In this document: in pieces, positions 9,963-19,355 of the stretch
How the letters are laid out: each line of letters starts with the position of its first letter
Numbering within the stretch: position 1 is the first letter of the stretch
Assembly: GCA_903930225.1 (NCBI GenBank)
Contig: CAIYXV010000112.1
Coordinates: forward strand, 1-50,789
Source of the DNA: an uncultured bacterium
GTDB lineage: Bacteria; Margulisbacteria; WOR-1; XYC2-FULL-46-14; WPAF01
DNA: 50,789 bases
Reading direction: 5' to 3'
Notes under the pieces: model-generated
Seen by the model: only the letters and a program-made list of their open reading frames with translations
What the model was told of the DNA's origin: nothing
Databases searched by the model: none
Position numbers and translations under genes: made by a program

Positions 9963-12334
9963 AGTAGGATTATTTTCCCTCTTTTTACTTCCGACCGTCC
10001 GGAATCGCTCTGCGCCACCATCGCAAAAAGATAGACCCCGGAAGAAAGCGCTTCCCCCGCGTCGTTTTTCCCGTTCCAGATGATATCTCCATTCACGGTA
10101 TTGGTCACCGTGCGGGAAAAAAGCTGCGCGCCGTTCAGTGAAAAGATATAAAATTTCAATTCGGCCGGGCGGGAAAGAGAATATCTGATAAGGCATTTCT
10201 GTCCGCTCGCGGGAGAAAAGGGATTGGGTCCGTATTGAGCGGCCAGGATTCTAACCGCGCTGCTGTCGTCGATCGAAGCGGCTTTTACCGAAGATCCGTC
10301 ATAATTCAGCACGAAATCTGTTTCCGGGCCGACATTGCCGACATTGTCCCTGGCGGTCAGTACGACTTCGATCGAACTTAATCCCAGCGGCTGGTCGGGC
10401 GTGAATGTGATCTGCCCGTTGCCGGCTTTAACTTTTCCGCTTACTTCCCGGCTCGCGATCTTGATCTTTAAGATCGTTCCGTTCACGTCAATGCCGCTTT
10501 CCTCGTCCTTTAGCGGAATAATTATTTGGCCTTGTAAGATCGAGCATTCCTTTTGGCTGACCATAGGCGGGGTCCTATCGATCATGAACGTTCCCGCGCA
10601 TAAGCCAAGATTCCCGGATGAATCATTCAGCATGACCTTGAACCGGTGCTTGCCGGCCGAAACATCAGATGGTATCCTGATAAATCCGCTAAGGTCATTA
10701 TCGCTTTCCGAATATATTAGCTTGTCCGGGATGATCTGGTCATCGATTGTTACATCCGCGTCAGCCTCATCCGCGATATTATTGCTTGTATCCCGCACGT
10801 TTGCTTCTATCAGTATAGTGGCTCCGCTCTTGTACCATGCGCTGGAGTGGGGCTTAAGCAGGGTAAGCGCGGGCGCATTCTCGTTTAAGATAAGAGAAAA
10901 ACTTTCGGAAGTGGTATTGCCCGCTTCATCGGTTGCGATCAGAGTGATCCGGTTCACGCCGGAGGCGAGCGGGACCGCCTGCGTAAAAGAAAGACCGATC
11001 GGTTGGACCGGAATGGAATTTACGGTGATCAGACATTCCTCCGATATTGTCCCCTGAATATTTACCGACGAAGTGTTGACGATCGTATCCGGTTCCGGCT
11101 GGGTTACGGTGATCACGGGTGGTGACCGGTCGATTAAAAAATCAGAAACATCGGAGAGCGGACCGGTAAGAATATGATCGCTGGCGCACGCTCTTATAAA
11201 ATATTTACCGTCGGGAATAGGAAGCGGGACCTCGGCTTCATTGGAGAAGATAGTGAACGACCAGGTATTGGATTTATCGAAGTACCGGTCCCAGCTGACA
11301 TCGACCTTATATGAAATAGGGTCAAGGTCCGGATCGGAGGCTGACAGTTTTAACTCGAGACGGCCGTTGTTCTTTTTCTTTAAAATGTTCACGGACGGTT
11401 GGGTTGGCGCGACGTCCGCCAGTTTAATTATCTTGGGTAGAGCGTTTGAACTGAACAAAGCTGACGGCCCGTCTTTTAAGAATACTATTTGTTCGAAAGC
11501 GGCATTCGGGGTCGTATACTGTCCAACCGGTTTAGGCTGGCTGAAGCTGCCGTTATAAACGATATAATATGGGGAATAGTCCGATCCCTTAAGGAGCGAC
11601 AACGAAAAACATTCGAACGTTTCAGCTTTAAGATCAGCTATTGGAAAAGGATCTTCATAAAGCAGGTTGACTATTCCGTCCTGTTTAAAAAGCAATTGGT
11701 GATTGCCATTAATGTTTTTTTCGAGCAGTAGCAAAGCGTTATTGAGCGCGAGGAAACCTTCCTGCTTGTTCTGGCTTGTGTAATATTCTTCCGGCAGCTG
11801 CCAGCCGTCCAAATATTTGACGCGGAAGATCTTGTCCGCGGACCGGAAAAATATCGTAGATCCGTCCGGGCTCAATGTATAATCAATAACCGGCAGGTGA
11901 TTGTTCAGCGCCTGCGGAGTGGAAAACGTTTCCCCCAGATCGATCGAATAACTGCAGTAGAGGTCCCGGTCCTTAACAAAGAAAAGAAAGACCGCGTCCT
12001 TGATCAGGCGGGCGGAAAAAGGTCCGGGGATCAGGTTTGATGAACGGCTGACGATCGGAGGGCCGAAAGTTACTCCGTGGTCGCGGGAAAGCGAAAGCGT
12101 GATCTGTCCGCCGGTCCGGGTTAAAAGATAGATCGCTCCTGCGGAATTCTCGAGAATGGATGATTCTCCCGACGCGACCGGGTGCTGATACCAGATCCGG
12201 CCGTTATCAAAAGAGGTCTTTAAAACATCGTCTTTCAGATAATAAAGGTGCTCTGATCCGTCCTTGAAGAACTGGGCGGCTGCGGCAGAGCAAAAAATGG
12301 CGGATATTATTATCAGAACATAGATTTTTCTCAC
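9959..12334 (-). CDS. Secreted protein with BNR/Asp-box repeats, Ig-like domains and a C-terminal FlgD-Ig/CTD-like domain
   Basis: Signal peptide; SRDHGVTF and SIDLGETF Asp-boxes; ATDEAGN-type Ig repeats; C-terminal GPNPFSP...WNGKNDAG...GVYLF...KIILL. Confidence 0.75.
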   Translation of the reverse strand: MRKIYVLIIISAIFCSAAAAQFFKDGSEHLYYLKDDVLKTSFDNGRIWYQHPVASGESSILENSAGAIYLLTRTGGQITLSLSRDHGVTFGPPIVSRSSNLIPGPFSARLIKDAVFLFFVKDRDLYCSYSIDLGETFSTPQALNNHLPVIDYTLSPDGSTIFFRSADKIFRVKYLDGWQLPEEYYTSQNKQEGFLALNNALLLLEKNINGNHQLLFKQDGIVNLLYEDPFPIADLKAETFECFSLSLLKGSDYSPYYIVYNGSFSQPKPVGQYTTPNAAFEQIVFLKDGPSALFSSNALPKIIKLADVAPTQPSVNILKKKNNGRLELKLSASDPDLDPISYKVDVSWDRYFDKSNTWSFTIFSNEAEVPLPIPDGKYFIRACASDHILTGPLSDVSDFLIDRSPPVITVTQPEPDTIVNTSSVNIQGTISEECLITVNSIPVQPIGLSFTQAVPLASGVNRITLIATDEAGNTTSESFSLILNENAPALTLLKPHSSAWYKSGATILIEANVRDTSNNIADEADADVTIDDQIIPDKLIYSESDNDLSGFIRIPSDVSAGKHRFKVMLNDSSGNLGLCAGTFMIDRTPPMVSQKECSILQGQIIIPLKDEESGIDVNGTILKIKIASREVSGKVKAGNGQITFTPDQPLGLSSIEVVLTARDNVGNVGPETDFVLNYDGSSVKAASIDDSSAVRILAAQYGPNPFSPASGQKCLIRYSLSRPAELKFYIFSLNGAQLFSRTVTNTVNGDIIWNGKNDAGEALSSGVYLFAMVAQSDSGRSEVKRGKIILL

Positions 12335-12340
12335 GGCTTC

Positions 12341-12369
12341 ATTCTATAATCTTTAAATTGAAATGGCAA
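12341..12369 (-). promoter_or_regulatory. Sigma70-type promoter for the 791-aa secreted protein (leaderless)
   Basis: TTGCCA-N17-TAGAAT on the minus strand, 6 nt before the GTG at 12334. Confidence 0.55.
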
Positions 12370-12386
12370 CCCGCAGAGTGTATAAT
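12358..12386 (+). promoter_or_regulatory. Sigma70-type promoter for trmH-pheST (leaderless)
   Basis: TTGAAA-N17-TATAAT, 7 nt before ATG 12394. Confidence 0.65.
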
Positions 12387-12393
12387 TTGTAGA

Positions 12394-13161
12394 ATGCAAC
12401 TTATTCCGCAAGTCAGGGAAGCCCTCGGTCTGCTTGAAAAGAAGAAAATAAGGGATAAGGCCGGTAAATTTGTGGTGGAGGGCGAGCATCTGGTGCTTGA
12501 GGCGCTCAAAGATGCGGAATACGTTATCTATTCGGCGGAAAGCCCGGCGGTCAGGGCCGCCGCTTCAAGCAGGATATCCAGTTTTAAAGTTTCCCGCAAG
12601 GTTTTCAGTCTTTTAACCTCGGTTGAGACGCCGCAGGGCGTTCTGGCGGTGGTGAAAAAGCGCGAATGGAACTTGGAGGACGTCATAAGATCGGCCGGGA
12701 CCATAATTTTCTGCGCGGGGATACAGGATCCGGGGAATCTCGGGACCGTGATCCGGAGCGCGGACGCGGTGGGTGCGGCGGGGGTGATCGTTTCGCGCGG
12801 GACGGTCGATCCGTTCAACCAGAAAACGATCCGATCGACCATGGGTTCTCTGTTTCATCTGCCGCTGGTCCAGATCGATGACGAAGAGGAAAGCATTAGA
12901 GCGCTCAAGAAGAGGGGGATCAAAGTGATCGGCGCGGATATGTCCGGAAAGGATTACTGGGGAGCGGAGCTTTCCGGTCCCGTGACTGTGCTGATCGGCA
13001 ATGAGGGCGCGGGATTGCCGGATAAGGTCCTCGCGGCCTGCGATGAAGTGGTGAAAATACCGATGCCGGGCAGGGCTGAATCGCTTAACGCGGCCATGTC
13101 GGCATCTTTAATAATGTACGAGACATTGAGGCAAAAATGGTCGAAAGAATCAAAACTTTAG
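12394..13161 (+). CDS. TrmH/SpoU family RNA methyltransferase
   Basis: IQDPGNLGTVIRSA, IGNEGAG and IPMPGRAESLNAA SPOUT motifs; conserved position upstream of pheS. The ORF-track TTG start at 12358 is the -35 box, so ATG 12394 is preferred. Confidence 0.92.
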   Translation: MQLIPQVREALGLLEKKKIRDKAGKFVVEGEHLVLEALKDAEYVIYSAESPAVRAAASSRISSFKVSRKVFSLLTSVETPQGVLAVVKKREWNLEDVIRSAGTIIFCAGIQDPGNLGTVIRSADAVGAAGVIVSRGTVDPFNQKTIRSTMGSLFHLPLVQIDDEEESIRALKKRGIKVIGADMSGKDYWGAELSGPVTVLIGNEGAGLPDKVLAACDEVVKIPMPGRAESLNAAMSASLIMYETLRQKWSKESKL

Positions 13162-14153
13162 AGATCGAGGCTCTAGCGGCGCTCAACCGCGCCAAGACGC
13201 TGGCGGATGTAGATTCCGTTCAGGTGCGGTACCTTGGCCGCAGCGGTCTTTTGACCGAATTGATCAAGAATCTCAAGAACCTGCCGCCCGAGGAGAAACC
13301 GAATTTTGGAAAGGTATTGAATGAGACGAAGGTCAAACTGGAAGCGGCGGTCAAAGAAAAAAAACAGCTATTCCAGGAACGGAATACCGAACAAAAGCTG
13401 AAAGCGGAAATCATTGATATAACTCTTCCCGGAGAAGGCGTAAAAAGAGGGAAGCTCCATCCCATAACTTCTACTATGGAAGAGCTCGTCGGGATCTTCA
13501 GCCGAATGGGCTTCTCGATCGCCGAAGGACCGGATATCGAGACAGATTATTATAATTTTGAAGCTTTGAACATTCCCAAGTTCCATCCCAGCCGCGATAT
13601 GTGGTCGACCTTGTGGATCACTGAAGACACGCTGCTGCGCACCCATACCTCTCCGGTCCAGATCAGGGTGATGGAGAAGAAAAAGCCCCCGCTGGCAGTG
13701 ATCGCGCCCGGCCGGGTTTATCGCCGCGACGCGGATGTTACCCACTCAACGGTCTTTCACCAGCTTGAGGGATTGCTGGTAGACACAGATGTGACATTCG
13801 GAGATCTAAAAGGAACGCTTACCGCTTTCCTGCACGCGGTTTTTGGGAAAGATAAAAAGGTCCGGTTCCGTCCCAGCTATTTTCCTTTTACCGAGCCGTC
13901 GGCCGAAGTCGATGTTGAGTGCGTCATGTGCGGCGGCTCCGGCTGCCGGGTCTGTTCCGGCACCGGCTGGTTGGAGATCCTTGGTTCGGGCATGGTTGAC
14001 CCGAACGTTTTTAAACATGTGAATTATGATCCGGAAAAATATACCGGATTCGCTTTTGGGCTGGGGGTCGAGCGCATCGCCATGCTTAAGTACGGGATCG
14101 ACGACATTCGCCTGTTCTTCGAGAACGATCTCCGCTTTTTGAGGCAATTCTGA
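13137..14153 (+). CDS. pheS: Phenylalanine-tRNA ligase alpha subunit
   Basis: LLRTHTSPVQIR, FHQLEG, RFRPSYFPFTEPS and GFAFGLGVER. Confidence 0.98.
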   Translation: MVERIKTLEIEALAALNRAKTLADVDSVQVRYLGRSGLLTELIKNLKNLPPEEKPNFGKVLNETKVKLEAAVKEKKQLFQERNTEQKLKAEIIDITLPGEGVKRGKLHPITSTMEELVGIFSRMGFSIAEGPDIETDYYNFEALNIPKFHPSRDMWSTLWITEDTLLRTHTSPVQIRVMEKKKPPLAVIAPGRVYRRDADVTHSTVFHQLEGLLVDTDVTFGDLKGTLTAFLHAVFGKDKKVRFRPSYFPFTEPSAEVDVECVMCGGSGCRVCSGTGWLEILGSGMVDPNVFKHVNYDPEKYTGFAFGLGVERIAMLKYGIDDIRLFFENDLRFLRQF

Positions 14154-16471
14154 TGAAAATACCGTTTGAATGGCTTAAGGATTTTGTCGATATCAAGCTC
14201 CGTCCGGAAGAGCTGGCGGAAAAGCTTACTCTGGCAGGCCTGGAGGTTGGCGCGATCGAATATCACGGGAAAGATATCGAAGGGGTGGTTGTCGGCAAGG
14301 TAAAGACTACCGAAAAGCTTGCTTCCGATCACCATTTGATCTGCCAGATCGATATCGGGAAAAAGCTTATTCAGGTGATTACCGATGACTTGACAGTGCA
14401 GGCGGGGGACCGGGTACCGGTAGCGCCTGAAGGTGCGACTATCTCTGGAGGTATCACGGTCACGAAGACTGCGCTTCACGGCGTTGAAACCTTCGGCTAC
14501 CTCTGTAAGCCGCACGAGCTGGGGCTTTATCAGGAAAATTATGTCTTAAGGCTGCCGAAATATTCCGTGTTGGGCGATGATGTCAGGAAATATCTGGGAT
14601 CGGGCGGCTGTGTCCTTGATGTCGATGTACTCCCGAACCGCGGCGACTGCCAGAGCATTATTGGCATTGCCCGGGAAGTGGCGGCCGTGCTCGACAAAAA
14701 ACTTAAGATCAAGAGCGCAAAGATCAAAAAACCGGTAAAGTCCGCGGCCAAACTTCCGATAACGATCACGGTAAAGAACAAGGACCTTTGCCCCCGCTAC
14801 ATGGCGAAGATGGTCACCAATGTTGTGATCAAGGAATCACCGGCCTGGTTGAAAGACCGGCTAATGCTTCTGGGCATGCGGCCGATCAACAATGTGGTCG
14901 ATACCACCAATTATCTTTTGGCCGAGCTCGGCCAGCCGATGCACGCGTTCGACGCCGATCTTATTTCGGGTGGAAAGATAATTGTCCGGGAAGCGGCAAG
15001 GGGCGAGACGATAAGAACCCTCGATGGAGTCGAGAGAAAACTTGAGGCCGGTATGCTTGTGATCGCGGATGAAGAGCATGCGGTGGCGCTGGCCGGGGTG
15101 ATGGGCGGGGTGAATTCCGAAGTCTCATCAATAACTAAAAATATTCTGCTGGAATCGGCTTGTTTTGATCCGGTCTCGATCAGCAAGACCTCAAAGGCGG
15201 CCAAACTTCGCACCGAAGCGTCGGTCAGGTTTGAAAAGGGCGTTGATTGGAACATGATCGCGGAGGCGCTGGAGAAGGCGGCCGCAATGATCGCTGAACT
15301 GTCGGGAGGTATCATCCTTGACGGCGCGGTGGACATTAAAATAAAAGATCGCAAGCCAAAAAAGATCGAATTACGGGCCCAAAGGATAAAAAAAATACTG
15401 GGCGTCGACCTGTCATTGACGGAATCGATCAAGCTTCTGGGGCGGCTCGGGTTTAAAAAAATAAAAGCGAGTAAAGAGCGGGCGATCCTCGAAGCGCCGC
15501 TTTACCGGGCGGGAGATATTGAGCGGGAGATCGACCTGATCGAGGAGCTGGCGCGGATCATGGGGTACGACCGCATCGATTCCACAATGCCAAAAATAGC
15601 GAGAAGCGAGATCCTGGCCGATCACGCGGGTGAGTTTAAATATCAGGCGGAGGAAATATTAGTCGGCTGCGGCATGATGGAAGTCGTTACCTTCAGTCTG
15701 GTCGATCCCGGCATGGCATCCGCGGATGCGGTCAAGATCTCCAATCCCATGACGAATGAGGAATCAGTAATGCGGACCGCGCTGCTGCCAGGTCTTCTCA
15801 AGGTCCTGTCGCACAATCTCCGGCACCAGGTGGACAGGGTCCGGATCTTTGAGATCGGCAAGGTGTTCATTCCCAAAACAGCGGGTTCGGCAGAGGAAAA
15901 AGTGAGGGTAGCCGGGATCCTGGCAGAGCCAAACGCCGATTTCCTGAAACTAAAAGGTATCATAGAGAGCCTTGTTTCTGCTTTTACTTCCGACTGGTCG
16001 CTCGAAAGCGTGTCGGACAATACATACCACCCGGGAAAATCGGCGGGGATCCTGATCGGACCGAACAAAAAACTGCTCGGCAAATTCGGGGCGCTGCATC
16101 CGGAAGTGACCGGAAAATGGGACATAAAAGAAGAAGTATTCGGCTTTGAGCTCGATTGTGGGGTCTTGATCGAGGCCTGTAAAACCGTGAAAAGATATCG
16201 TCCGCTCCCGAAATTCCCTAATGTAGAGAGGGATCTGGCGATGTTCGTGCCGGCGGAGGTCAGATCGAGCTCGATCGTCGAGATCATAAGACAGATTGGT
16301 GGGCCGATGGTTGAAGAGGTCTATTTGTTCGACCGCTATAAAGACAGCCAGGCGTATCACATTTCTTTCCGCGAGGCGGAGCGGACCCTGACCGACGATG
16401 AGGTGAATCGGCAATTCGAAGCGATCATGGCTGAACTGGAAAAGAAGCTTCAGGTAAAGATCAGGAAATGA
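14153..16471 (+). CDS. pheT: Phenylalanine-tRNA ligase beta subunit
   Basis: PNRGDC, PINNVVD, GQPMHAFD, RFEKGVD, DLIEELARI and the FDX-ACB motif KFPNVERDLA. Confidence 0.97.
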   Translation: MKIPFEWLKDFVDIKLRPEELAEKLTLAGLEVGAIEYHGKDIEGVVVGKVKTTEKLASDHHLICQIDIGKKLIQVITDDLTVQAGDRVPVAPEGATISGGITVTKTALHGVETFGYLCKPHELGLYQENYVLRLPKYSVLGDDVRKYLGSGGCVLDVDVLPNRGDCQSIIGIAREVAAVLDKKLKIKSAKIKKPVKSAAKLPITITVKNKDLCPRYMAKMVTNVVIKESPAWLKDRLMLLGMRPINNVVDTTNYLLAELGQPMHAFDADLISGGKIIVREAARGETIRTLDGVERKLEAGMLVIADEEHAVALAGVMGGVNSEVSSITKNILLESACFDPVSISKTSKAAKLRTEASVRFEKGVDWNMIAEALEKAAAMIAELSGGIILDGAVDIKIKDRKPKKIELRAQRIKKILGVDLSLTESIKLLGRLGFKKIKASKERAILEAPLYRAGDIEREIDLIEELARIMGYDRIDSTMPKIARSEILADHAGEFKYQAEEILVGCGMMEVVTFSLVDPGMASADAVKISNPMTNEESVMRTALLPGLLKVLSHNLRHQVDRVRIFEIGKVFIPKTAGSAEEKVRVAGILAEPNADFLKLKGIIESLVSAFTSDWSLESVSDNTYHPGKSAGILIGPNKKLLGKFGALHPEVTGKWDIKEEVFGFELDCGVLIEACKTVKRYRPLPKFPNVERDLAMFVPAEVRSSSIVEIIRQIGGPMVEEVYLFDRYKDSQAYHISFREAERTLTDDEVNRQFEAIMAELEKKLQVKIRK

Positions 16472-16503
16472 TCTTCGGATGCAGAAAGATCGCATCATTG
16501 AGA

Positions 16504-16532
16504 TTGAAATAGCCCCGGTTTTGGGTTAAAAT
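16504..16532 (+). promoter_or_regulatory. Sigma70-type promoter for dnaB
   Basis: TTGAAA-N17-TAAAAT, 9 nt before the ATG, no Shine-Dalgarno. Confidence 0.55.
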
Positions 16533-16541
16533 GTAACCCTC

Positions 16542-17879
16542 ATGTCCGAAGAAAGAATTCCACCACAAAACCTGGAAGCGGAGCAATCCGTGATCGGCTC
16601 CATGCTTATCGACAAGACCGCCATCATCAAGGCGATCGAAGCCTTGAAGCCGGACAGCTTTTACCGCGATGCCCACCGCTTTATATTCGAAGCGATGCTC
16701 GATCTTTTTGACCGTGGCGAGCCGGTCGACCTGGTAACAGTCACCGAAACCCTGCGGAAATCTGGCAAGCTCGAGGCGGTCGGCGGTTCGGTCTATGTAG
16801 CCGATCTGATCAATTCCGTTCCCACCGCCGCCAACATCGATTATTACGCCCGGATCGTCGAGGAGAAAGCCACGTTAAGAAGGCTGATCGATGCCGGCAC
16901 GAGCATTGTTCAGGCGGCGTTCGACGAGCCGGAGAACGTTGACCAGATCCTTGACCACGCGGAAAAAACCATCTTCAGCATTGCCATGAAAAGGGTGCAT
17001 GAAGGGTTTCACAAGATTGATGGCGTGCTGAAACGGGTCCTGGAGCGGATCGATAAGCTTTACGGGAAAAAGGAGCACATCACCGGCATCCCGACCGGAT
17101 TCACTGATCTTGACAATATGACCGCCGGTTTTCAGAATTCCGATCTGATCATTATCGCCGCGCGGCCGTCGGTTGGAAAAACGGCGCTGGCCCTTAACAT
17201 GGCCCAGAACATGGCGATCAAGTTCAATATTCCGGTCGCGATCTTTTCGCTCGAAATGAGCAAGGATTCGCTGGCCCAGAGAATGCTCTGCTCTGAAGCC
17301 GAGATAGACGCCCTGAAGCTTAAGACCGCTTCTTTGCCCGATACCGGATGGAAAAAGCTTACCCGCGCGCTGGCAAAACTTTCAGAAGCGCCGATCTATA
17401 TTGACGATACCTCGGCTGCTACCTCCATGGAGATAAGGGCAAAATGCCGGCGGCTGAAACTGGAAAAAGGCATGGGCGCCGTCATTATCGATTATATGCA
17501 GCTGATGCAGGGCCGGGCGAGGGTAGAGAACCGGGTACAGGAAATATCGGAGATCGCCCGGTCGCTTAAAACCATGGCCCGGGAGCTTGATATACCGGTC
17601 ATCGCTCTGTCGCAGCTCTCGCGGGCGGTAGAACAGCGCACCGACCGCATTCCCCGCCTTTCAGATCTGCGGGAATCGGGAGAGATCGAGCAAACCGCCG
17701 ATGTGGTGATGTTCATTCACCGCGAAGATTATTACAATCCTAAATCCGATCGCGGGAACATCGCCGAGATTATAATCGCCAAGCAGCGGAACGGGCCGAT
17801 CGGCTCGATCGAGCTTGTGTTCCGCAAGGAAATCACCAAATTTTGCAACAAGGAAACCAGATACGAAGAGGTTGGATGA
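16542..17879 (+). CDS. dnaB: Replicative DNA helicase
   Basis: PPQNLEAEQSVIG, AARPSVGKT, IDYMQLM, LSDLRESGEIEQ and AKQRNGP. Confidence 0.98.
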   Translation: MSEERIPPQNLEAEQSVIGSMLIDKTAIIKAIEALKPDSFYRDAHRFIFEAMLDLFDRGEPVDLVTVTETLRKSGKLEAVGGSVYVADLINSVPTAANIDYYARIVEEKATLRRLIDAGTSIVQAAFDEPENVDQILDHAEKTIFSIAMKRVHEGFHKIDGVLKRVLERIDKLYGKKEHITGIPTGFTDLDNMTAGFQNSDLIIIAARPSVGKTALALNMAQNMAIKFNIPVAIFSLEMSKDSLAQRMLCSEAEIDALKLKTASLPDTGWKKLTRALAKLSEAPIYIDDTSAATSMEIRAKCRRLKLEKGMGAVIIDYMQLMQGRARVENRVQEISEIARSLKTMARELDIPVIALSQLSRAVEQRTDRIPRLSDLRESGEIEQTADVVMFIHREDYYNPKSDRGNIAEIIIAKQRNGPIGSIELVFRKEITKFCNKETRYEEVG

Positions 17880-19345
17880 GGAAGCTTCTTCTATTCACGA
17901 CATTACTGATGATGATGAACATATCTTACGCCGGGGAAAAAGAGTTGGTCATCAATGCCACCAGCCTCATGTACGATAAGGACGGCTCCCGGGTGGAGGC
18001 TAAAGGATCGGTGGAAGCGGTCTACCGGGATTCCAGGATGACCGGCGAACACATGGTCTATTATTCCATAAGCCGGGAAGCGAAGCTTGATTCCGGGTTC
18101 GATCTAACGTTTAACGGCCTTAATTTTTCGGGGAAAACGCTTGATTACAACTTGAGCTCCGAAAGCGGGAACGCGACCGAGGTTAAAATGAAATACGATC
18201 GCGCGTACATCAGCGGGGGAGAGGTTTCCTTCAGCCACGACAGGGTAAGTCTGAAGAACGCGAATTTTACCACCTGCGATCTGGAATCTCCTCATTACCA
18301 TATCTCCGCCGCGGAGATCGATCTTTACCAGAAGCAGGCCTGGCTGGTGGCTTACTGGGGAATATTCTGGCTAGGGCCCCTGCCTTCGCTTCCGATCCCG
18401 GTCTATGTGTACGATTTTAAAGCGGGACAAAAGGGCAAAAAGAACGTGATGCCCTATCCGGAAGCGGGGGTCAACAGCAACGACGGTTTCTGGATAAAAG
18501 AAACGATGTCCTGGCATCTGCAGCCGGAATTGAACGGAAATTATAATATTAGCTATGCCGCGAATAAAGGGGTGGGGGGAGAATTTAGCCTGCAGCATCA
18601 AATAGACGAAGACCGCGAAAACGATGCCAATATTTCCTTGAACGCGGCCGAAGCGCCCAGCGGGGGGATCGAGTATCGGGAGAGCTTCGGACGGGAGATC
18701 CGGGAAAGGCACGACCTGGCCATGCTTCCGGTCGAGGTCTACAAGCAGTTTTATTTCGATCTTAACCTGACCGGCAGGGAGAGGATCAATTACGAAAGGG
18801 TAAGCAAAACGCCGGAGATCACCCTGGGCATGAGAAGGACCACTTTGCTGGACGGCTGGCTGGAATACTCCGCCGCGGTCGGATCCATCGCCGAGGAATC
18901 TTCGGGAAAGAGCTTGAGCCGGGAGAACGTGAACGCGACCGTATGGTATCCGATATTTGACGGGTTCAGCACGGATCTGAATTTCGACGCATCGCTTTAC
19001 GGCGATATGACCAGCTGGCTAAAGATACTGGGAGGGATCGATTACGCTAACCGACTGAACAACATTCTGGCTTACGATATCGGCTATTCCCATTATTTCA
19101 AGAACCGCGGCCAAAGCGCGTTCAATTACGAGAAATACCGCTTTAATGCAATGGATAAGATCGGTTTGAGCATTTATTCGACCAGTTCCGCCGGAAGGTA
19201 TATGTTCAGCTGCTCATATATCCTGCCTGATCTTGAGCCGCAGGATATCGATTATACGGCGGGCCTGATGGTCCATTGTTTCAATGTCGACCTGACCTAC
19301 CGCGCTATGCGGGGAGAATTTGTGCTCGGGTTCAGTCTGAATTAG
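17876..19345 (+). CDS. LptD-like outer membrane protein (OstA-type N-domain plus beta-barrel)
   Basis: Signal peptide, beta-taco-like N-domain, FTTCDLESPHYHI motif, alternating beta strands; ATGA overlap with the dnaB stop. Confidence 0.75.
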   Translation: MRKLLLFTTLLMMMNISYAGEKELVINATSLMYDKDGSRVEAKGSVEAVYRDSRMTGEHMVYYSISREAKLDSGFDLTFNGLNFSGKTLDYNLSSESGNATEVKMKYDRAYISGGEVSFSHDRVSLKNANFTTCDLESPHYHISAAEIDLYQKQAWLVAYWGIFWLGPLPSLPIPVYVYDFKAGQKGKKNVMPYPEAGVNSNDGFWIKETMSWHLQPELNGNYNISYAANKGVGGEFSLQHQIDEDRENDANISLNAAEAPSGGIEYRESFGREIRERHDLAMLPVEVYKQFYFDLNLTGRERINYERVSKTPEITLGMRRTTLLDGWLEYSAAVGSIAEESSGKSLSRENVNATVWYPIFDGFSTDLNFDASLYGDMTSWLKILGGIDYANRLNNILAYDIGYSHYFKNRGQSAFNYEKYRFNAMDKIGLSIYSTSSAGRYMFSCSYILPDLEPQDIDYTAGLMVHCFNVDLTYRAMRGEFVLGFSLN

Positions 19346-19355
19346 AGGAGGCTTT

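Noticed and set aside
12358-12393. N-terminal extensions in the ORF track (trmH 12358, ligase 6160, LptD-like 17843, guaB 28985, ORF 41399)
   Set aside because: Downstream starts fit Shine-Dalgarno sites, promoter positions or gene overlaps better.
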